From positions 50,220,001-50,284,000 of the forward strand of contig CM060733.1 of assembly GCA_030704615.1 (NCBI GenBank): a stretch of 64,000 nt of DNA, given 5' to 3'. Positions 61,601 through 64,000 of the stretch are shown here, piece after piece. The stretch's first letter is position 1, and each line of letters starts with the position of its first letter. The notes under the pieces are model-generated. The model did no database searches. It was not told the origin of the DNA and saw only the letters and a program-made list of their open reading frames with translations. The position numbers and the translations under genes are program-made. The stretch comes from Takakia lepidozioides (Eukaryota; Plantae; Bryophyta).

Positions 61601-63958
61601 CAAAAACAAAAATGATATGGTGTTTGTTTTTTAGATAATATGAATAAAAAATAATATCAATCTATTAAATATATATTTTGTCTTCAAAGTCAATTAATAT
61701 TTTACCTGTCAGTTGATTGTCGCTGACCCAAAAGTATACAAGGTTTCTCGATCCGATAGGTATATGACCTATACCACCATTAACCATTGTATGTCAGTAC
61801 TATTGCACAATGTTTCTGTTAATTATAGTTACATTAGTTAAAAATAAAATCATATATATATATATATGATTTTTTATTTTTTTTGAAATACAATGTTATG
61901 TACTCACCTGTAAAACTAATTAAGCCCAAGTTTAGCCTAGTAAATGATAGCTAAATCCAAATAAAGAGCCCAAGTTAAAATAATGATCTAAGTGATAGGA
62001 CGTTAAGGGTTGAGGTAGCAATTTTTTTCCTCTTCAAAGATGTTATTTAAAATACACTTAAGTTTCAGTAAGAATTGAAGATATGAGGAGTAGATGGTCA
62101 AGAGCTAACTAAAGAACTACATAGTTAAATGTAGCTAAAGACAATCGAATGATATTCTCAGATCTAAGGATGGATTGACAGTAGTCCTACAACATGATTT
62201 TGTTACATTGTTACACCAGAGCAAAATTTGCAACCATGCAAGAACCTACCTGTGAGGTTGTTGTTGTTAAGCCATACACCCAAAAGAGACGTGCAATTCG
62301 TGAAAGAAGGCGGTATATTGCCCGTGAGATTGTTTCGGCTCAAGTCCATATAGGTTAAATTTTGCAGTTGACCAATTTCTTTGGGTATATACCCTGATAG
62401 TTGGTTGTTGTGCAGCCACAGACCCACAAGGGAAGTACAACTCGCCAATGAAGATGGGATGTTGTCTATGAGATTGTTAAAACTCATATTCAAATATTTC
62501 AATTTCTTCATTGTTCCCAATACATCAGGTATACCACCTGATCAGCAACAACCATCACATATTAGAATTGCGCTCCATATATATTCATCATAATGCACAT
62601 TCAAAAATTGAGTTCAATACAGATTGCAACATGACTACACCGGGAGAAGGTTACATGTGAGGGGGAGGAGATAATCTCACCCATAAGTTTGTTTGAGGAA
62701 AGATAAATGGTACTTAGATTTTGCAGTTGTCCAATTTCTTTGGGTATAGACCCTGATAGTTGGTTGTTGTTTAGCCACACACCCACAAGAGACGTGCAAT
62801 TCGTGAAAGAAGGCGGTATATTGCCCGTGAGATTGTTTCGACTCAAGTCTATATAGGATAAATTTTGCAGCTGACCAATTTCTTTGGGTATATACCCTGA
62901 TAGTTGGTTGTTGTTCAGCCACAGACCCACAAGGGAAGTACAACTCGCCAATGAAGATGGGATGTTGTCTATGAGATTGTTAAAACTCATATCCAAATAT
63001 TTCAATTTCTTCATTGTTCCCAATACATCAGGTATACCACCTGATCAGCAGCAACCATCACATATTAGAATTGCGCTCCATATTCATCAATGCACATTCA
63101 AAAATTGAGTTCAATACAGATTGTAACATGACGACACCGGGAGAAGGTTATATGTAAGGGGGAGGAGATAGTCTCACCCGTAAGTTTGTTTGAAGAAAGA
63201 TAAATGGTACTTAGATTTTGCAGCTGTCCAATTTCTTTGGGTATAGACCCTGATAGTTGGTTGTTGTTTAGCCACACACCCACAAGGGAACTACAATTCG
63301 CCAACGAAGATGGGATGTTGTCTGTGAGATTGTTCCTACTCAAATCCAAAAGCTCCAATGTCTTCATTGTTCCCAATGCAGTTGGTATACCACCTGAACA
63401 ACAACCATCACATATTGTTAGAATTGCACATGTAATTTTAATGTACATTAAAAGATTGAGTAATATAGATTTCAACCCAAGTGTTTATGCCTGAGAGAGA
63501 ATCCATGACCTAAATGCACATGGGAGCCTACCTGTGAATTGGTTGTTGTTTAGCCACACACCCACAAGGGAACTACAATTCGCCAACGAAGATGGGATGT
63601 TGTATGTGAGATTGTTCCTACTCAAATCCAAAAGCTCCAATGTCTTCATTGTTCCCAATGCAGTAGGTATACCACCTGATCAACAACAGCCATCACATAT
63701 TGTTAGAATTGCACATGTAATTTTAATGTACATTAAAAGATTGAGTCATATAGATTTCAACCCAAGTGTTTATGCCTTAGAGAGAATCCATGACCTAAAT
63801 GCACGTGAGCCCACCTGTGAATTGGTTGCTGTTAAGCCTCAATACCACAAGGGATGTGCAATTCGCTAAAGAAGAGGGTATAGTGCCCGTGAGAGTGTTC
63901 TCACTCAGATCGATATGCGAGAGCTTGGTCAACTTTCCCAAATTTGGCGGTATGCCAC
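58606..63958 (-). CDS. LRR receptor-like protein (Cf-9/RLP type: island domain + 4 LRRs, TM, short tail); 5' part extends beyond the window
   Basis: Open phase-1 exons 63958-63815, 63675-63532, 63393-63178, 63040-62681, 62537-62250, 61768-61706, 61277-61134, 60712-60569, 60180-60037 and terminal exon 59753-58606. Plant LxxLxLxxNxLxGxIP repeats, island (YEITLYPRGIGLDY), NQFNSF..GNLGLCGSPL, TM GFAIGVAIGF, no kinase domain. Confidence 0.93.
62250..63830 (-). repeat. Recent tandem duplications of LRR exon + intron units
   Basis: Intron 63394-63531 is nearly identical to 63676-63814, and intron 62538-62680 to 63041-63177. Exon segments are shared almost base for base. Confidence 0.92.
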
Positions 63959-64000
63959 CTACGAATCCAACAGTAATTGCTCGTTAGTTCGAACAATTCA

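Noticed and set aside
62381-63987. Plus-strand ORFs antisense to the LRR exons
   Set aside because: Shadow ORFs typical of LRR codon patterns, repeated only because the exons are duplicated.

Overview
Eukaryotic nuclear DNA from a land plant, most likely a non-seed plant such as a bryophyte (inferred from gene content; species not determinable). Five host genes can be supported. (1) A ~22-exon calponin-homology kinesin-14 (KCH type, minus strand, ~6.5-18.5 kb) with an AT-AC U12 intron. (2) A short non-canonical BZR/BES1 transcription factor (minus, ~35 kb). (3) ING2 (plus, 38-40.5 kb), head-to-head with the BZR gene. (4) A DCAF12-like WD40 gene (plus, 42.7-46.1 kb). (5) The 3' part of a Cf-9-like LRR receptor-like protein (minus, 58.6 kb to the window end), built from recently duplicated phase-1 LRR exon cassettes. 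The intergenic space is nested transposon debris: CACTA, Copia, hAT MITEs with 8-bp TSDs, a Mutator-like insert, L1-type LINEs and an unclassified TIR element. The most notable signal is a degenerate Ty3/Gypsy-type polyprotein in which an aspartic protease is followed by a C5 DNA-cytosine methyltransferase domain (53-55 kb). Close by lies an integrase C-terminus + PHD finger + PPT + LTR fragment (47.7-49 kb). Together they point to an LTR retrotransposon family with its own epigenetic writer and reader. All coordinates were read by eye and may be off by a few bases.
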